A stretch of DNA of 63,572 nucleotides, counting the filler, from Choristocarpus tenellus KU-1152 (Eukaryota; Protista; Phaeophyceae): assembly GCA_964200185.2 (NCBI GenBank). It is 9 parts of 9 records of this genome, joined end to end, with 100 filler letters (N's around TTAATTAATTAA, not from the genome) between each part and the next. Parts side by side here need not be neighbours in the genome. Positions count along the whole stretch, not along the records: positions 1 to 4,720 come from CAXNAD020013346.1; positions 4,821 to 8,336 come from CAXNAD020019509.1; positions 8,437 to 15,415 come from CAXNAD020006930.1; 6 more parts are not named here. One strand, written 5' to 3'. Positions 1 to 13,127 of this stretch are shown here, piece by piece. The notes under the pieces are model-generated. The model searched no databases and had not been told where the DNA came from. It saw nothing but the letters and a program-made list of their open reading frames with translations. The translations under genes were made by a program, and so were the position numbers. Each line of letters opens with the position of its first letter. The stretch's first letter is position 1.

Positions 1-2463
1 GCGGGGGCGAGGGCGGCCGGGGGGAGCTGGGGGGGGGGGGGGGGGGGGGGGGGGGACTGACATGGGCAGATCCAGTAGTCCTGCAGCACTGCTTGTGGCG
101 AAATTTCCTCCCTGCTGTGCTTGATGCTCCTGCGGGTTTCGCGGGGCGGTGAGGGTCCACAAAAGGCAACTACATGTTAATGATTCTTGATGTGTGTTAC
201 ACCAGTCTGCTCTACCGAGTACTGTACTTGATACAAAGTATTCCTGAGTACAAGACAATAGAACGCTACCAACAACAAACAAAAAACACGATCCTCTGCA
301 ACAAACCACAATCAACTCCAATGTACCCCTGACCTTCATTGCACCCATGTCCCTTTCCTCTAACGGTTTGTCCTGTGCTTCATCCTCTCTGACAGTGTGT
401 TCCCCCAGCTGTTCTCTGACCAGTCTTGCCTTTCCCCCTTCTCTGCAAAGGATCTTCAAACAGTCATATGAAACCAAGGAAAGTCTTAGAGAGGGTATGA
501 CAGAAAGCATGCATGAATAACAACATCAAGAGTACTCACATACAGTGAAACAAACACCCAAGATGCCAAACAAAACAACAGGAGCGAGGGAAGGAACGGG
601 TGGAATGAAGTAGGCACCCTCTAAATTATTGTTAACAGCTTTAGTGACTGAGTTTAGAATTGAACTATATAGGTGATATCTCATCTCAAAGGATGTGCAA
701 TTTACTTACATATCAAGTTCAACCAAAGAAATTTGTAAAGGGGACAGAAGTGGCATGAACTCATTGTATAGCGATCCCTTCAAAGGACTGGATGCTGATA
801 CCTGGTGCTGCTGTGTTGTACTTCAACAAAGTACAGACCAATTAGTGGGTACAGCAACAAAATACTACCGAGTGATTCCAAACAACATCAGTAAGACATC
901 ACAAACACCATGAAATCATACACAACAATCATCCCTGTACAACACCACAAACCTTGTATCGAACCTTGATGCTGTTCTCCGTCCTACCCGGTAACGCCTG
1001 AGCAATGGATGACCACTTGTTCCCCAGGGTCCTCTGTATGCACACAAACATAAAGGTCACACATGGAGTGCACCATACGTGAGATGTTGGCATGGACTGG
1101 GAACAATATACTACAAAGTGATACGTGTTTTGAGGTCAGTCCTTGCCTCTTGTCTCCAGTACTGCAGTATCTATGTGACTGAATGTACCATGTTGTTAGT
1201 TCTCATGTGCAATGTTGTCATGAAGGACCCCTTTGTGTCGACACCCCCTTTACACAGTCACCATAACTAGAGTATGACTATTCTCAACATCGGAACACTA
1301 AATGAATTGGAGGGTAAAGTAACTAAGAAGGGGGTGCCACTGAGTTTTCAAGGGTCCCCCTGACTTTCTCACTGCACACATTTGTATTACACAGTCCACA
1401 GCTGTGTAGTGCATTGTCTATTCAGTGTGTACATTCATTTCACAGAAGCAAGTTGTGCTCATTGATGCCCTTTTTCAAATGCCTTCATCTTCCATGAATG
1501 GACTTGAAAAACCCCATAAGTCTCAAACCAGTCAAGACACAAAATTCTCTCAGTTATTCTCACTCAAACGGGACAGTGTGATCAGTGCATATAGTCATTC
1601 ACTCCTCAGGTCTCACAAACATTGCAATTGCTTCTAAGGCAGCTGCACCTGGCACTGCCTTGGATCAAAGCACCTGTCGCCAGTGTTATCAATTGTTGAG
1701 ATACCACTGTTCCACCAGGACAGACATTCGCCAAACTATATACTTGTGGTACAAGTAAATGCTCACCTTCAGCTACATTCATTATAAATGCACTTGATAT
1801 ATCTACCACATAACTGCTCCCACAATATCAATACTCCAGTAGAGCAATACAGGTGCAGCACACAGGTGTACTTGAAAAGTATGTACTCAATAATGGCATT
1901 GACTTCTATCACGAGTATTTGTAATGCCTTACTGAAGCTCCAGTACGGTAGAAAGAGCACAGTAGTATTATCTTCTTAACAGAAACAGTACTAGTTGTGG
2001 GGAAAGGGAGTCACCTGCATAGAAAGGATGATCCTGTCCTCCGACTCTGTCCATCCCTCCTTGCGTATGTTGGGGTCCAACTGATGGCACCACCTCTCAC
2101 GACACTGTTCCAATGTAGCAGACAAATTGAACAGGTTGGTCATCGTTGAATGAATGTCGAGGCACTAAGATGCAATGGCAACCAATACTGTTGGACATAG
2201 AAGTTCAATCATATATTCCAACAACTCCCAATGTCGCTCCACCCTTACAACAACCACAGCTATAGATAACACTATGGTGCGATTAGTATCATTGAAGGTA
2301 TTGCTGGCACAATCTACTTTGAAGTAACATGAAATTGACCTGCTTAGATGTCCTTCCTTGAATGTGAAGAGCAAGCTGCCCCCAGTTCCTGAAACCCTTT
2401 GATATGAGTGACACCAGTAGTTCATCCTCTTCCTTGCTCCATGGCCCCTTCACCAGGCCAGGC
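1..2463 (-). CDS. MYB-repeat transcription factor (R2R3 repeats visible, probably R1R2R3), partial and spliced
   Basis: AG/GT-bounded exons 2340-2463 (RPGLVKGPWSKEEDELL...NWGQLALHIQGRTSKQ), 2015-2104 (CRERWCHQLDPNIRKEGWTESEDRII) and 953-1033 (LGNKWSSIAQALPGRTENSIKVRY). Probable further exons 334-453 and 1-169 (Pro-rich). Confidence 0.9.
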
Positions 2464-3837
2464 CTTCCCATCATTAGCATCCAGGTGGGCAAGGACAGGC
2501 AGGCGATGGGTGAGGGCATCAATTGGTATTGGATGAGCAAGGGATACTCAAACATATACGTGAGATTTTACACTACGTAACATACTACGTGGACACCATG
2601 CTTGGGGGGACAAAAATAACACTGGTAGCAAATGTGCTCTACAGATTTGAGGGAGTTGTGGTATGGAGCTCAGAGGTATGGGACTGAGGTAGTTTTGTGA
2701 ATGGTGCTTGGTATGGCTGCAGTATCTACAGCACAGTCAAGTGATTACTGCTATAGGCGCTCCTATTTCCCTGAAGTCTGTTCCTAACACCTTTAGTCCT
2801 TCAAAATATTAATAGCAGTTGTAATTTCTTCATACCACACTATTATTTGTTGTGACTTTTACGGCTCCAACGCCCCCCTCTTTTCTTTGACCCATCCCTT
2901 AAACCCTTTCAGAAGGATATATCTGTCAGAGAGGATCTCTCAAGATTGAAAAAAGGAACTTCAAGGTTTCTTTCGCAACAAACCGCACCTCAATCATCCT
3001 TGTATTGAAAATCGGCAACTCCAAGAAGGTGTATAGGTGGCTAGGAGGCAGACAATGCGCGAAAGAGATCCCAAACTCCTAAAGAGATAAACGAAGCCTG
3101 CAAGGACAAGTATGACATCACTAGCATAGGCAAAGCATGTATAGTTCGAGATGCTAGACGGATCGCGGAGCAGAGTTCTGCTGCCATTGCGCTGGCTGTA
3201 CTTGAAGCAAAGCAGGCGACGGCTGATGCTCTGAGACCATCGTCACGATAAAACGAGTCGAGGTGAAGATGGAATCGACGGGAGTGACATCGCAGGCGGG
3301 GAACAAAGTCAAGCAAGCCTTTTCCATGTGACGACAGGGGAATAGAACGAACCAAAGGCTACTGCGACTTCAGTGCTTCGTGAGAAAGATGAGGCACGAA
3401 GGAGGGTAGATGGTGAGAACAGCGAGGTTGAGTTCCGTGCTGAAGTCGTGAAAAAATCATCAACGCTGTGAGACACCAGCAGTATGCAGAGAAGAGATGG
3501 CGTTTGAAGGTGGACCTCGAAAGTTGAGGGAGGAAAAAGACCAGGAAGAACACTAAGGAGGGAAGAACGGACGCTCCTCCGCACCTGCATGGATGGCTAA
3601 GTACAGTGTGTGTAGAACGCATCCAAGAGGCACGAGTAGGACCTCAGGACCCACCTTCTTGGTGCTCTCCGTCTTTGATTTGTCGTTTAGGTTCTCACAC
3701 TTGGGTTTGTAGTTTTCTGACTTGCCAACACATTTGCACAGATCTCGCACATGTTATTATCTCTTTTATTTAAGTTGGGGATAAACATGATACCTGCTGG
3801 GTCCTTTCCATTAGCCAAATGACAATAAAAGAATTCA

Positions 3838-4026
3838 CCCTGTAGTGTAGGGCTAAGCTAGGTTGGAGACATAGGAGGGGAGTGGTGTAGCAAAGGTAGT
3901 AGCCAAAATGAAAATAGAAAAATATCTTTCACATTTACACAACTGCAACTTGCATGGCGGGTTTTACGATATGACTTTTCATTGGTTTTTCATCTCACTC
4001 ATCTCGAAAATGTGAGAGGGCATAAT
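3838..4026 (-). repeat. Copy of the unclassified bipartite dispersed repeat (modules Y and X)
   Basis: The reverse complement matches CACCACTCCCCTCCTATG..CCAACCTAGCTTAGCCCTACAC and ATTATGCCCTCT..ACATTTT seen at 14487-14770. Confidence 0.7.
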
Positions 4027-4720
4027 CATATGAAAACAAAGTCAAAAACTACAGAGACTCCAAAAATGTCATCACCATAGCAATAAACGACCCTCATTAC
4101 ATTATTATGCCCTCTGACATTTTGCAGATGTGTCAGGGGGGAAACAAATGAAATCTTACGGCCCCTATTCCCAGGTCTAACACTACGGTATATTGGTATG
4201 ATAGGTAGCTGTTACCAACTTGGGGTTGTGGGAAGCCGAAGAAAGCGTATAGAGTCTGTCTCTAGAAAGAAAAGGAATACAATATCTTGCACAATGGAAT
4301 CTATAGACAACTCTACTGTTCTCTACAGGGGAAAGAATATCCCACATCAGCTAGAATAACAAGAATGACTGCCCTTGAAACAGAAATGTCTCCACAAACA
4401 AAAGCTTGTGTGGACTCACGTGGGTGTGCATGCTCACCTCAAGACCTTTTTCCACCTCTGCAGGCACTGTACATGATTACGTGTGGCCACAATACTTGCA
4501 ATATCCTTCCAATTTGCCTCCCCTATGCGCTCCACAGCCTGTCAAACGCATGTGTCAAAAACACGATCATCATACATCTGCAAGGAATATGTAATGATGC
4601 AAAACAAGAAAAGATCAACATCAACTCTAACGCTCTACCATGCCGACAACTGCATCCCTGCATCATGGAAAAATACATACTCCAGTGTTAAGAGGAGAAT
4701 AGGGAAGAGGATATGAAGAG

Positions 4721-4820
4721 NNNNNNNNNNNNNNNNNNNNNNNNNNNNNNNNNNNNNNNNNNNNTTAATTAATTAANNNNNNNNNNNNNNNNNNNNNNNN
4801 NNNNNNNNNNNNNNNNNNNN
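4721..4820. other. Artificial contig spacer (44N-TTAATTAATTAA-44N)
   Basis: Identical spacers at 4721, 8337, 15416, 19915, 23336, 30609, 40367 and 49069. The core puts a stop codon in all six frames. Confidence 0.97.
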
Positions 4821-5755
4821 GCTCTACCCTCTAAGATACTTTGACTCAAATCTTGAATGTTAGTATTGAATGTTAGGGTTAGGGTTTGTGGTATCATTCT
4901 GTACATACGTAACCTTTTGGTGTAGGACAAGTCCTTCCTCATGCCCACAATTCAAAAATGCAACCTTCCCTTTGATGAACAAGAAACTAACTGCTTAAAT
5001 GGACAAAAAAAAATACAAGGAATATAAAAAAAATAAAGTGGAAAATAAAAATGAATACAAATAAAATTTCTATGAATGTATTGTTGTAGAAACTCGCATG
5101 TTTGTGCATTGACCTGAATTTGTATGTTGGCATGCATCATCTAAAGCCTTTGCAGATACTACCTAGTTCAGCGATCTCTTTTGTTAGATGTCAGTTATAT
5201 TTTGAATGATATTCAAGTGCTTTCAACTTTCCTTACTCAGAACTAGATTAACTAGATCGTATTTCAGGTTCCTTAATGTCTTAACCGTGAATTGTTCGCT
5301 TCAGTTTTTTTAATAGATGAGTGCTACGTGTGCTTTGATTCTTTATTGTGCGTGTAAGGTGTGGAGGAGGATGCCATCCTGTTCTCTAAAAAAACTCACC
5401 GAACAAGCCTTGCTAATCGATTTTGAATAATATATATAGAGAGAGATTCATTTGACAGACAAGGAAAGAGTGATATGTTCTGTTCTGTTCTGTTTTTTTG
5501 TTCTAAGAATGTTCTGAGAATGTTCTGAGAATGTTCTTGTTGTCCACTCTTTTTTCCTTTTTCCTTTGTCCCCTCACAGAAAATAAAAATAGAAATAAAA
5601 AAGGAAAATGATTTTACTTTCAAAATCTGTTAAGGAGGACATGATGTATGTCTTGTGAATACCATCCCTATCATCACAATATTGTCTATTTGAATAAGAG
5701 CTTTACAAATAAAAGTGATACTGGTACTCTACAAATGGTATGCAATGTGTTTCAT

Positions 5756-5931
5756 GACTCAAAGTATCGGGCGGCGGCTGTCCATTTGGGGCCCATTTTT
5801 CCATGTCGCGATTTTTGTTCGATTTGGTTGCATATGTCGGATAGATAATGTAAGTGCACTTTTCCAAGATATGACCCAAATGAACGCCCTGCTGTAACCC
5901 CCCACACACACACACACATATACTTTGGGTC
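5756..5931. mobile_element. MITE family B copy
   Basis: TIRs GACTCAAAGTAT...ATACTTTGGGTC; internal GTCCATTTGGGGCCC and GGATA.ATAATGTAAG shared with the copies at 7374 and 59549. Confidence 0.8.
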
Positions 5932-6526
5932 ACATATCGCCTTTAAAAAATAAAGAATCATGGATTCGTTGTAACAGGATGTAATTTATTTGTGGTAAAA
6001 TGTATGATAACATTACTAGATAACAAACCGTCGATTTTTTAAATTTGTAAATGATGTGTGTGTGGACGGGTACGATGTAGTACGTGTCTGTGGGATGTTT
6101 TTTTTTATCTTTTTAGTGTTCTCTCATATGTAGTAAATGTTTTATTATATATATATATTCTCACAATTTGTTGTTGTTGGCAGTGGGCAAATTTAAATAT
6201 TTTATTATTATTAGATTAGTGACAGGGGTTTAATAAATGATAAGATCAGAAAAAATAGTACACAAAAAAATATAAAACGTTTTCTTTTTAGTGTTTCTTT
6301 TGTTTTCTTCTATTTTTTTTGTTTTTATATTTGAGTGTTTGTTTGGTTGGGACAGGGGGGTTCTAAATCTCGCCAAGAGTAAGTATGTTGGGTTTTTTTA
6401 ATGAATGGGTTGTGGAAGGCTTGTTTTAATTAAGTTGTGTCTCTTTTCTTGCATTTCTATATATTATTTTTCCTTTTTTTTGTTGTGCAAAAAAAATCAA
6501 AAACCTATCAGGTAACACACTAACTT

Positions 6527-6742
6527 GGGTGAGTCTGGACCGGATCTATCTCCACAAGACCTGGCAGGCGTTCGACAGGGAAGAGCTGATACCTCCAGGC
6601 ACCTGGCTGGTCTCATGGACTTCGCCCTTGCCAGGGTGAGTCTGGACCGGATCTATCTCCACAAGACCTGGCAGGCGTTCGACAGGGAAGGGCTGATACC
6701 TCCAGGCACCTGGTTGGTCTCATGGACTTCGCCCTTGCCAGG
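6527..6742. repeat. Two-copy tandem repeat, 107-bp unit
   Basis: GGGTGAGTCTGGACCGGATCTATCTCC...TTCGCCCTTGCCA starts at 6527 and 6634, with about 2 mismatches. Confidence 0.93.
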
Positions 6743-7373
6743 CTGCTTATGTATGCTGAACTGAGGGGACGGGAAGAAGGATTGGGTCTGGTTGAAGGGG
6801 TGGGGGGTGGGGGAATAATGAGTTTAAGAGTGTGGGAGCTTCATAAATGGTTAAGGTGTACGTGCGTATTTGTGTGTGCTTTTTTTTTTTTAGTGGGGAA
6901 TTCTGGTTGGTGTAGACCCTTTTTGGCGGATTGAGTTTTTGTTTCTTGTTTAGAGAGGGTTAGGGTTAGGGTTAGTAGCTTTGGAGGAGTTGGGGGATAT
7001 GATGAGGAGAAGAAATAAAATGGTGCTGGTCAGGGACATCAATGTAGTAAATAAATCTGTTGAACTTCGATTTTGAGGATGAATCACAGATTCCTGTCAA
7101 CCAGGTATGGCAGGATCAGTGGATCAATGAGATGATATAAGGTACACTGATAATATACGTATGTACATACAAATTGAGGTATATGTTCAATACCTCATAC
7201 CATGATGAGAGGTTGTTTCACAGTAGTTAAATAGTCATACCATTCCACCGATTGGTTTAGTTGTATGTCCAGTTCCCTTTGGTTGTATGTACTGTTTTGG
7301 GTGTATCTTGTCTCCTGTCGTTTGGGGAGGGGGGAGGGGTGTGTGGTGAAAAATGTTATCAGAAATAATGACA

Positions 7374-7540
7374 GACTCAATGTATCTGGGGTCTAAACCA
7401 GAGTGTCCATTTGGACCAAAACCAAGAAAAGTGCACTTTCATTATCCATCCGACGCATAGAACAAAATCAACCAAAAATGGCGACATGAAAAAATTGGCC
7501 CCAAATGGACGGCCGCCACCCCCCCCAGATACATTGCGTC
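7374..7540. mobile_element. MITE family B copy with 3-bp TSD (ACA)
   Basis: aca|GACTCAATGTATCTGGGG...CCCCAGATACATTGCGTC|aca. Confidence 0.82.
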
Positions 7541-7967
7541 ACAGGGAGTGTTCATGTGTGTTCTTTTTTTTACTGTTTATGAATGCTCTACACACACACA
7601 CATAATACATATATATTGATAACTATTGGAGATGATTCATGCACTACTGCTGCTACTACTATTGTTAATATATATATATATGTATTGATGTTTGTATTGA
7701 AAATGCGCGGTCTCTAGGGTTTGATATTTTTCTTTTTATTGTGTTTTTTTCGTATTTTTTCGTATTTTTTAGTATCTATCTGCTCTTTTTTTCATTATTT
7801 TCTTGTCTGTACATGTCTGCATAACTCTTAGTAGTACAATTAAATCGGGTTTCAGTTCAGTAGGCGTTATGGTTCAACTGATGGGGTACAATATTTTTTT
7901 ATATATAGATTTGAGGAAATAATTAACTCACAATACCGCCCGAAGTTAAAGAAAACAAACTAAAATA

Positions 7968-8052
7968 TTGTTAGTGTTAGTGTTATTGTTAGGTCAGTGT
8001 TAGTATTAGTGTTGGTGTTGGTGTTGGTGTTAGTGTTAGTGCTAGTGTTAGT
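7968..8052. repeat. (TGTTAG/TGTTGG)n degenerate hexamer repeat
   Basis: Read directly from the sequence. Confidence 0.8.
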
Positions 8053-10171
8053 TTGGTACCTCTCTGTGGACTGTCCTTTTTTTAAGAAAATGAAAGGTAG
8101 GAAGATTTATTCTTAATGAATATTTATTATTAATATTTATCAACACGCTGAGGCGAAGAAGAGGGTCCTGATTTAAATATTGGTGACCCTTAAGGGTTGT
8201 GTCATTTTTTTTAGGATGCTAAGTACCCTCTGTTCTTCTATCTACATATATGTATATATATATATATTTGTAGCAGTCCCCGAGAAATCAGCGTATCTTT
8301 GAGAATACCCCCCCCCTGTTTTGAGAAAGGTTCAGANNNNNNNNNNNNNNNNNNNNNNNNNNNNNNNNNNNNNNNNNNNNTTAATTAATTAANNNNNNNN
8401 NNNNNNNNNNNNNNNNNNNNNNNNNNNNNNNNNNNNCCCCCCCAACACACACACACATCTTGTCATCGCCATACAGTCTCATACCCCCTGCTATCTCCTG
8501 TCCGACTTCGATCCCATTCTGCCATCTCCAACTTCTGCCATTCTCCTCTGTCGCCACCCTCCAAGTGATGATGCCTTAACAGTGATGGTGATTCACGAAC
8601 CTCCGACTCCTCCATCACACCGCCCTGACCTTCACTAACATCGTGCCTGGAGACACCACCAGTCCAACGGTCCCCCCACCCACCTTCCAAACTGATGGCC
8701 TTGATCCTTTGGTTCACCTTCCACCTGTGCAATACCAATCCAACATTAACGCTTGGGGGTTATTAGGGGAGAGGTTGAAGGGCACATTTTTTGTTGTCCC
8801 ATTGACCGACTGCAACATCCATTCAGGCGTTCTCCCATTGGTCTAAATTTGATCCGAGCTTCACATTCCAAATGTCGCGCCCTAACCTTACAATAAAATT
8901 ATCCGAGCACAAACAATTTGCTTGCCAATCAACAAACACCCTTTCGCCAAGAGGGGTCACTCCCTGTGTTGCGGTGAATGAACAAGCTATGCCTTGAGCG
9001 TAAGCAAGTCATTGGTGTCTTGCACACACACATATTAAAAAAAAAAAAGCATTGTGAACACCACTTGAGAACACGATTCGAGGTGGAAGGCGGGACGGAC
9101 CACATAGCCAGCCCAGCAACTTCAGAGCTTGACACTTTCCAAGTTGAGCGTTGTAAACAGAAGGCTGTCGCGATAACTTCCGAATCTGAAAAAAATAAAA
9201 AAAAATCCTTGTTAAGCCACCGACCTCAAGAGAGTCAGTCCCCTTGACTGTTGTGGGCGAACTGTGTTACAATACTAAGAATAAAGAGGTTAAAGTATAC
9301 AGCAAGTTCAATGATGAAACAGCAAGGGCTGTGCCCTCCCCCTCCCCAGAGGAGAGATGAGTTGTAAATACACTGTTCATTGGTTGTTAATTGTTCCCTC
9401 CCCAGAATGTTATCCGTGGTAGACAGATTGTGGGAACGGGAGCCTCACTTCAGCCCCATCCTCACGAGGAATCCAGCATTCGGCAATCCTACACGCTTGT
9501 TCCTCCTGCAGAAGGCGTTTCTATAATGTGGGAGGCTTTATCCCATATATGGCACCCATGCGTGTATCACAAGTACAAACTTCCCACTTGTTCCAAGAGG
9601 TGTTGATTTAATTGGGCAAAGGGGGGACTGGGAGGGGCTATAACCAAGAACCTGTTGACAGTTTTCCAGTCAGGTTATTGTGCATAAAACAACATAGAAA
9701 GAGGGTGGTCTGATGTGCAGGAGTAGCATCTTCTTGGGGTTTGCACTACCCAACAAGGAATGAGCTGTTCATGCCAACGGTAGCGTATTTCGTTCCAGAT
9801 TTCATTCCAGATTTCATTCCTACCCAAAGATCGGGAGACAGCAGGAAATGCGCTCCACATGGAAGGCATTCTTTGGCAAGATTGACCCACCTCTGGAGTC
9901 GGTCAACAGCATCTTGGACTTCACATCACTGCTGCTCTAACAGAAAGCAAAGCGATGTCTCTCTTGTGAACAAGCAACAAGACGCCCCAATAGTACTCTT
10001 TCAAGTACTTCGAGGAAAACCAAAAAGGGAGTACCGGTTCAAAAGCGAGAACTGCTCTTGGACCTCAGTCCAACTACAAACAAGTCAAAATACACGACTT
10101 TGATGCCAGAACTTACAGTTCGATAAGCTCGGATTGACAATACCCAAACCGTCGCAAGAGAGGGCACTCAC

Positions 10172-10358
10172 CGGATGGTCACTATAAGTACAACGAGCAT
10201 GACCACTCCCACCGCAGAGACTAGTCGCTGGTACCAAGAGGTCCCTCCTGTGAAGACCAGGTCCTTCATGTCCTTCACATGGGCACCAACAGGGACCAGA
10301 AGTGTTGTTTCCAGTGAGAGGGCCAAGGCAGTAACCAGCGTAAATGTCCTGGAGGAGT

Positions 10359-10409
<51 letters not shown>

Positions 10410-13127
10410 AATGACGACAAATGCAGAATCCACAAATAAATTTCCCGTGAGGTAACTGTTGAAGTGTGTATAGCTGGGGAACTCACTCGAATTTATTTTT
10501 CAAAAAAGAAAAATCGGTTTTAGGTACAGTCTTTCGCCAAGTTGTACAGGAGAAAAAAAATAATAAAAGAATTAAAAAAAAAAAATGAGATGTGGGACTG
10601 TTGGTTTTCTCAGTACCATCTCAGGCCTCTTGTGTCGGATCTCTATTTCACCCCCATTTTAAATATACACTACTACAATTGAAATGTGACATGCGACCTT
10701 GTATTTACTGCTACACCATATTTTCTAAAAAAGCCAGAGGGCCCCAGGGATGCAGCTCTAGAACCTTCAGCTCCTGCCATTCTTGATCTGATTTTTTTTA
10801 AATCACACAAAAAAAGAACTCGGACACACACCCAACAATCTATCTCAGCTTCTACTACAAAAAATAGTACCAGCACCCCTACTGTTGTGAGCCCGAGGCA
10901 AACGCCTCCCACAGAGTGCTGATAATCCGTACAGTTTGAAAAAAAAATGTGAATCAAAACCGAAATTTGAAGGGCAATTTCATATTTAGTTATTATTTTT
11001 TTAGAGACTCACACGCCTCGATCCTCAAGCTGCACCCATGCTTTTTATTGAGTACCATCGAAACGTTTCCAGCCGATTAAACTTACCTTGTAAGCTAGAA
11101 ACTACCTCCATATCACTACAAAACCCTTGAAGGGATAAATATATATATATATATATATATATAACTAGCACGGCAACAGTGCAGCGCAACTGTGACCACA
11201 TTTCCCAAACCCCGGTGCTCTCCTGCCACTAAATCATCCAACAGTAAATTATTCTGGACGACAACGGACTGCCAAAGGCAACAAACGGTATATGTTTTGA
11301 AATACTACAAGAAATTCAGCAGCAGCAAAGCCAACTCGCATGAAAGCACACGGCGGCTCATTTGAAATCGCCACACGCAGACCGCAATGTCACACCACTT
11401 CTACCTCTCCAACAAGGACAAGGACAAGGACAAGGACAAGGACAAGGACAAGGACAAGGACAAGGACAAGGACAAGGACAAGGACAAGGACAAAGGCAAG
11501 TGAGATAGAGAGCACGACGGTGCCGAAAACAGCCCAGTTGAAAGGAGGGGGGTGGCAGGGGTTGGGCCGGGAGACAGGGAGGTTGGAAGGACCCTTACAT
11601 GAAGCGGCTCACCCCAAGGATACATGCAGGCTGCTGCTGCCGTAGTTCTTGATCGCTGCTGGCAAAGCTGAGAATCTAAGGAGTGCCATTGTCTGCAGTA
11701 GGGAGGGACAGAAAGGGAGGGGTTTCGTAAAGAAATGAGGCTTTCTTGTCAGTCACCATTGTCTGCGGTAGGGAGGGATAGAAAGGGAGGGGCTTCGTAA
11801 AGAAATGAGGCTTTCTTGTCGGTCGTAGCCAGCCTAGTGGTGACAAGCGTTGCACAATTCAACAGCAGACGGTTTTGCGTGTTTTCCTTGAGGGGATGTT
11901 ACAAGGAGTACAGAATCAAGCTCCTTATGTGAGATTATTCAGATGTGCTTTTGGGGCGATGCCTGTCTTGCCTGCGTGTCGTGTATCCCACAAGTTAATG
12001 CCGATAGTAAACTCACTATATAGGGTAGTATGGATATGTTTGAACTGCAGTGGCACAAGCTTACAACTGCTCGGTGCCATAGGTTTTGAGCTGTCTCAGC
12101 TCTATCCTGCAAGAGAGCGCAGTTGAGGATTGCAAAGGATAGAGGCGATAGCACATCACAGCTACTCTGGGGTAATTGAGGTGCAGAGCTATGTAGTTCT
12201 GTACCACACGCAATGTTATTTTCTTGTCATAAAGGCTGAAAGATACACACACACCTCCCAATAACAGCATGGGTGGGGTCCTGACCCAGTATCAAGCAAC
12301 AATAATTACAATACCTAGCCAAAAATAGTAGGTGGATTATCCAATGCCAGGTGTATGGGATATGAACTCCACCAACCCCCCCAACAAGATGTACAAAAAC
12401 CAATAGGAAAGGGGTTCCTACCTGGAATTCCTTCTCCTCCATCATATAGCCTAACACAGACAACCACTCATAGTGATCCACAAGGCTTCTTCTTAAGGAG
12501 TTCCTTCACCATGGTGAACCCGCAGAGTTAATCAGAATTGTAAGCACAACGTGTCGGCAAGCAGGAGATTGAGAAAAAGAGGTAGTATTGTGCATGTGTG
12601 TGTAAGGGTGTGACGATTTTTTTAGTACTTCCACCATTTTTTAGGATGTGCATAATACCGACATATCGCGAATGTTCAACGGATCCCTGTGAGTTCACTA
12701 CTTCGTAAGTCTGTTAATACAATGAAAAGTCACATGGATCACTGAGTAATACATCAGGACTTACTTGTAACACAAGGGGGTGAGAGCATTTGCATGGGTA
12801 TGGTAACTTCCTTCTAACCGCGAGTAAAAACTTCATACGACCGTTGCAAACGAAGAAAACTGGCTCAACCTTGTAGGCAATTCGAAGTGCCCTGGGCTTT
12901 AATCTTCCTCTTCACCTGCAGGTGTGCCTAGACAACAGGAAGCATAGTACAGAGCCTGACGTCTTGGTGGTCAGTGCCAAGGGCCATCCCATCCAGAGGC
13001 CGAACAGGAGTCCGGCAACTACATCGATGGCAGCTAACGGGAACAAGAACACTGTAAGACTGCAAAATCCACCGTAGAAGCACAGAACCCGGTACGCCAT
13101 TTGTTGGGACTGGAAGAAAGTTTCCAC
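10172..13127 (-). CDS. VTT-domain (SNARE-associated Golgi; TVP38/TMEM64-like) membrane protein, partial or possibly decaying
   Basis: Exon ending at 12916 (FPLAAIDVVAGLLFGLWMGWPLALTTKTSGSVLCFLLSRH), exon 11613-11692 (TMALLRFSALPAAIKNYG) and exon 10172-10348 (TFTLVTALALSLETTLLVPVGAHVKDMKDL...TM). Phases are compatible between the last two. Probable exon near 12480-12520 (FTMVKELLKKKP). Confidence 0.72.
10361..10404. repeat. (CA)n microsatellite
   Basis: Read directly from the sequence. Confidence 0.95.
11412..11493. repeat. (ACAAGG)n hexamer microsatellite (intronic)
   Basis: Read directly from the sequence; about 13 units. Confidence 0.95.
11686..11825. repeat. 70-bp tandem duplication spanning a 3' splice site
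   Basis: CCATTGTCTGC.GTAGGGAGGGA...CTTTCTTGTC starts at 11686 and 11756. Confidence 0.9.

Noticed and set aside
3041-3622. Charged coding-like segment upstream of the MYB exons
   Set aside because: Multiple stops on the plausible strand and no recognisable family; likely decayed TE.
11340-11645. ORFs with RTRT, LSLS, CVCV or ASKQ repeats
   Set aside because: These are translations of microsatellites.
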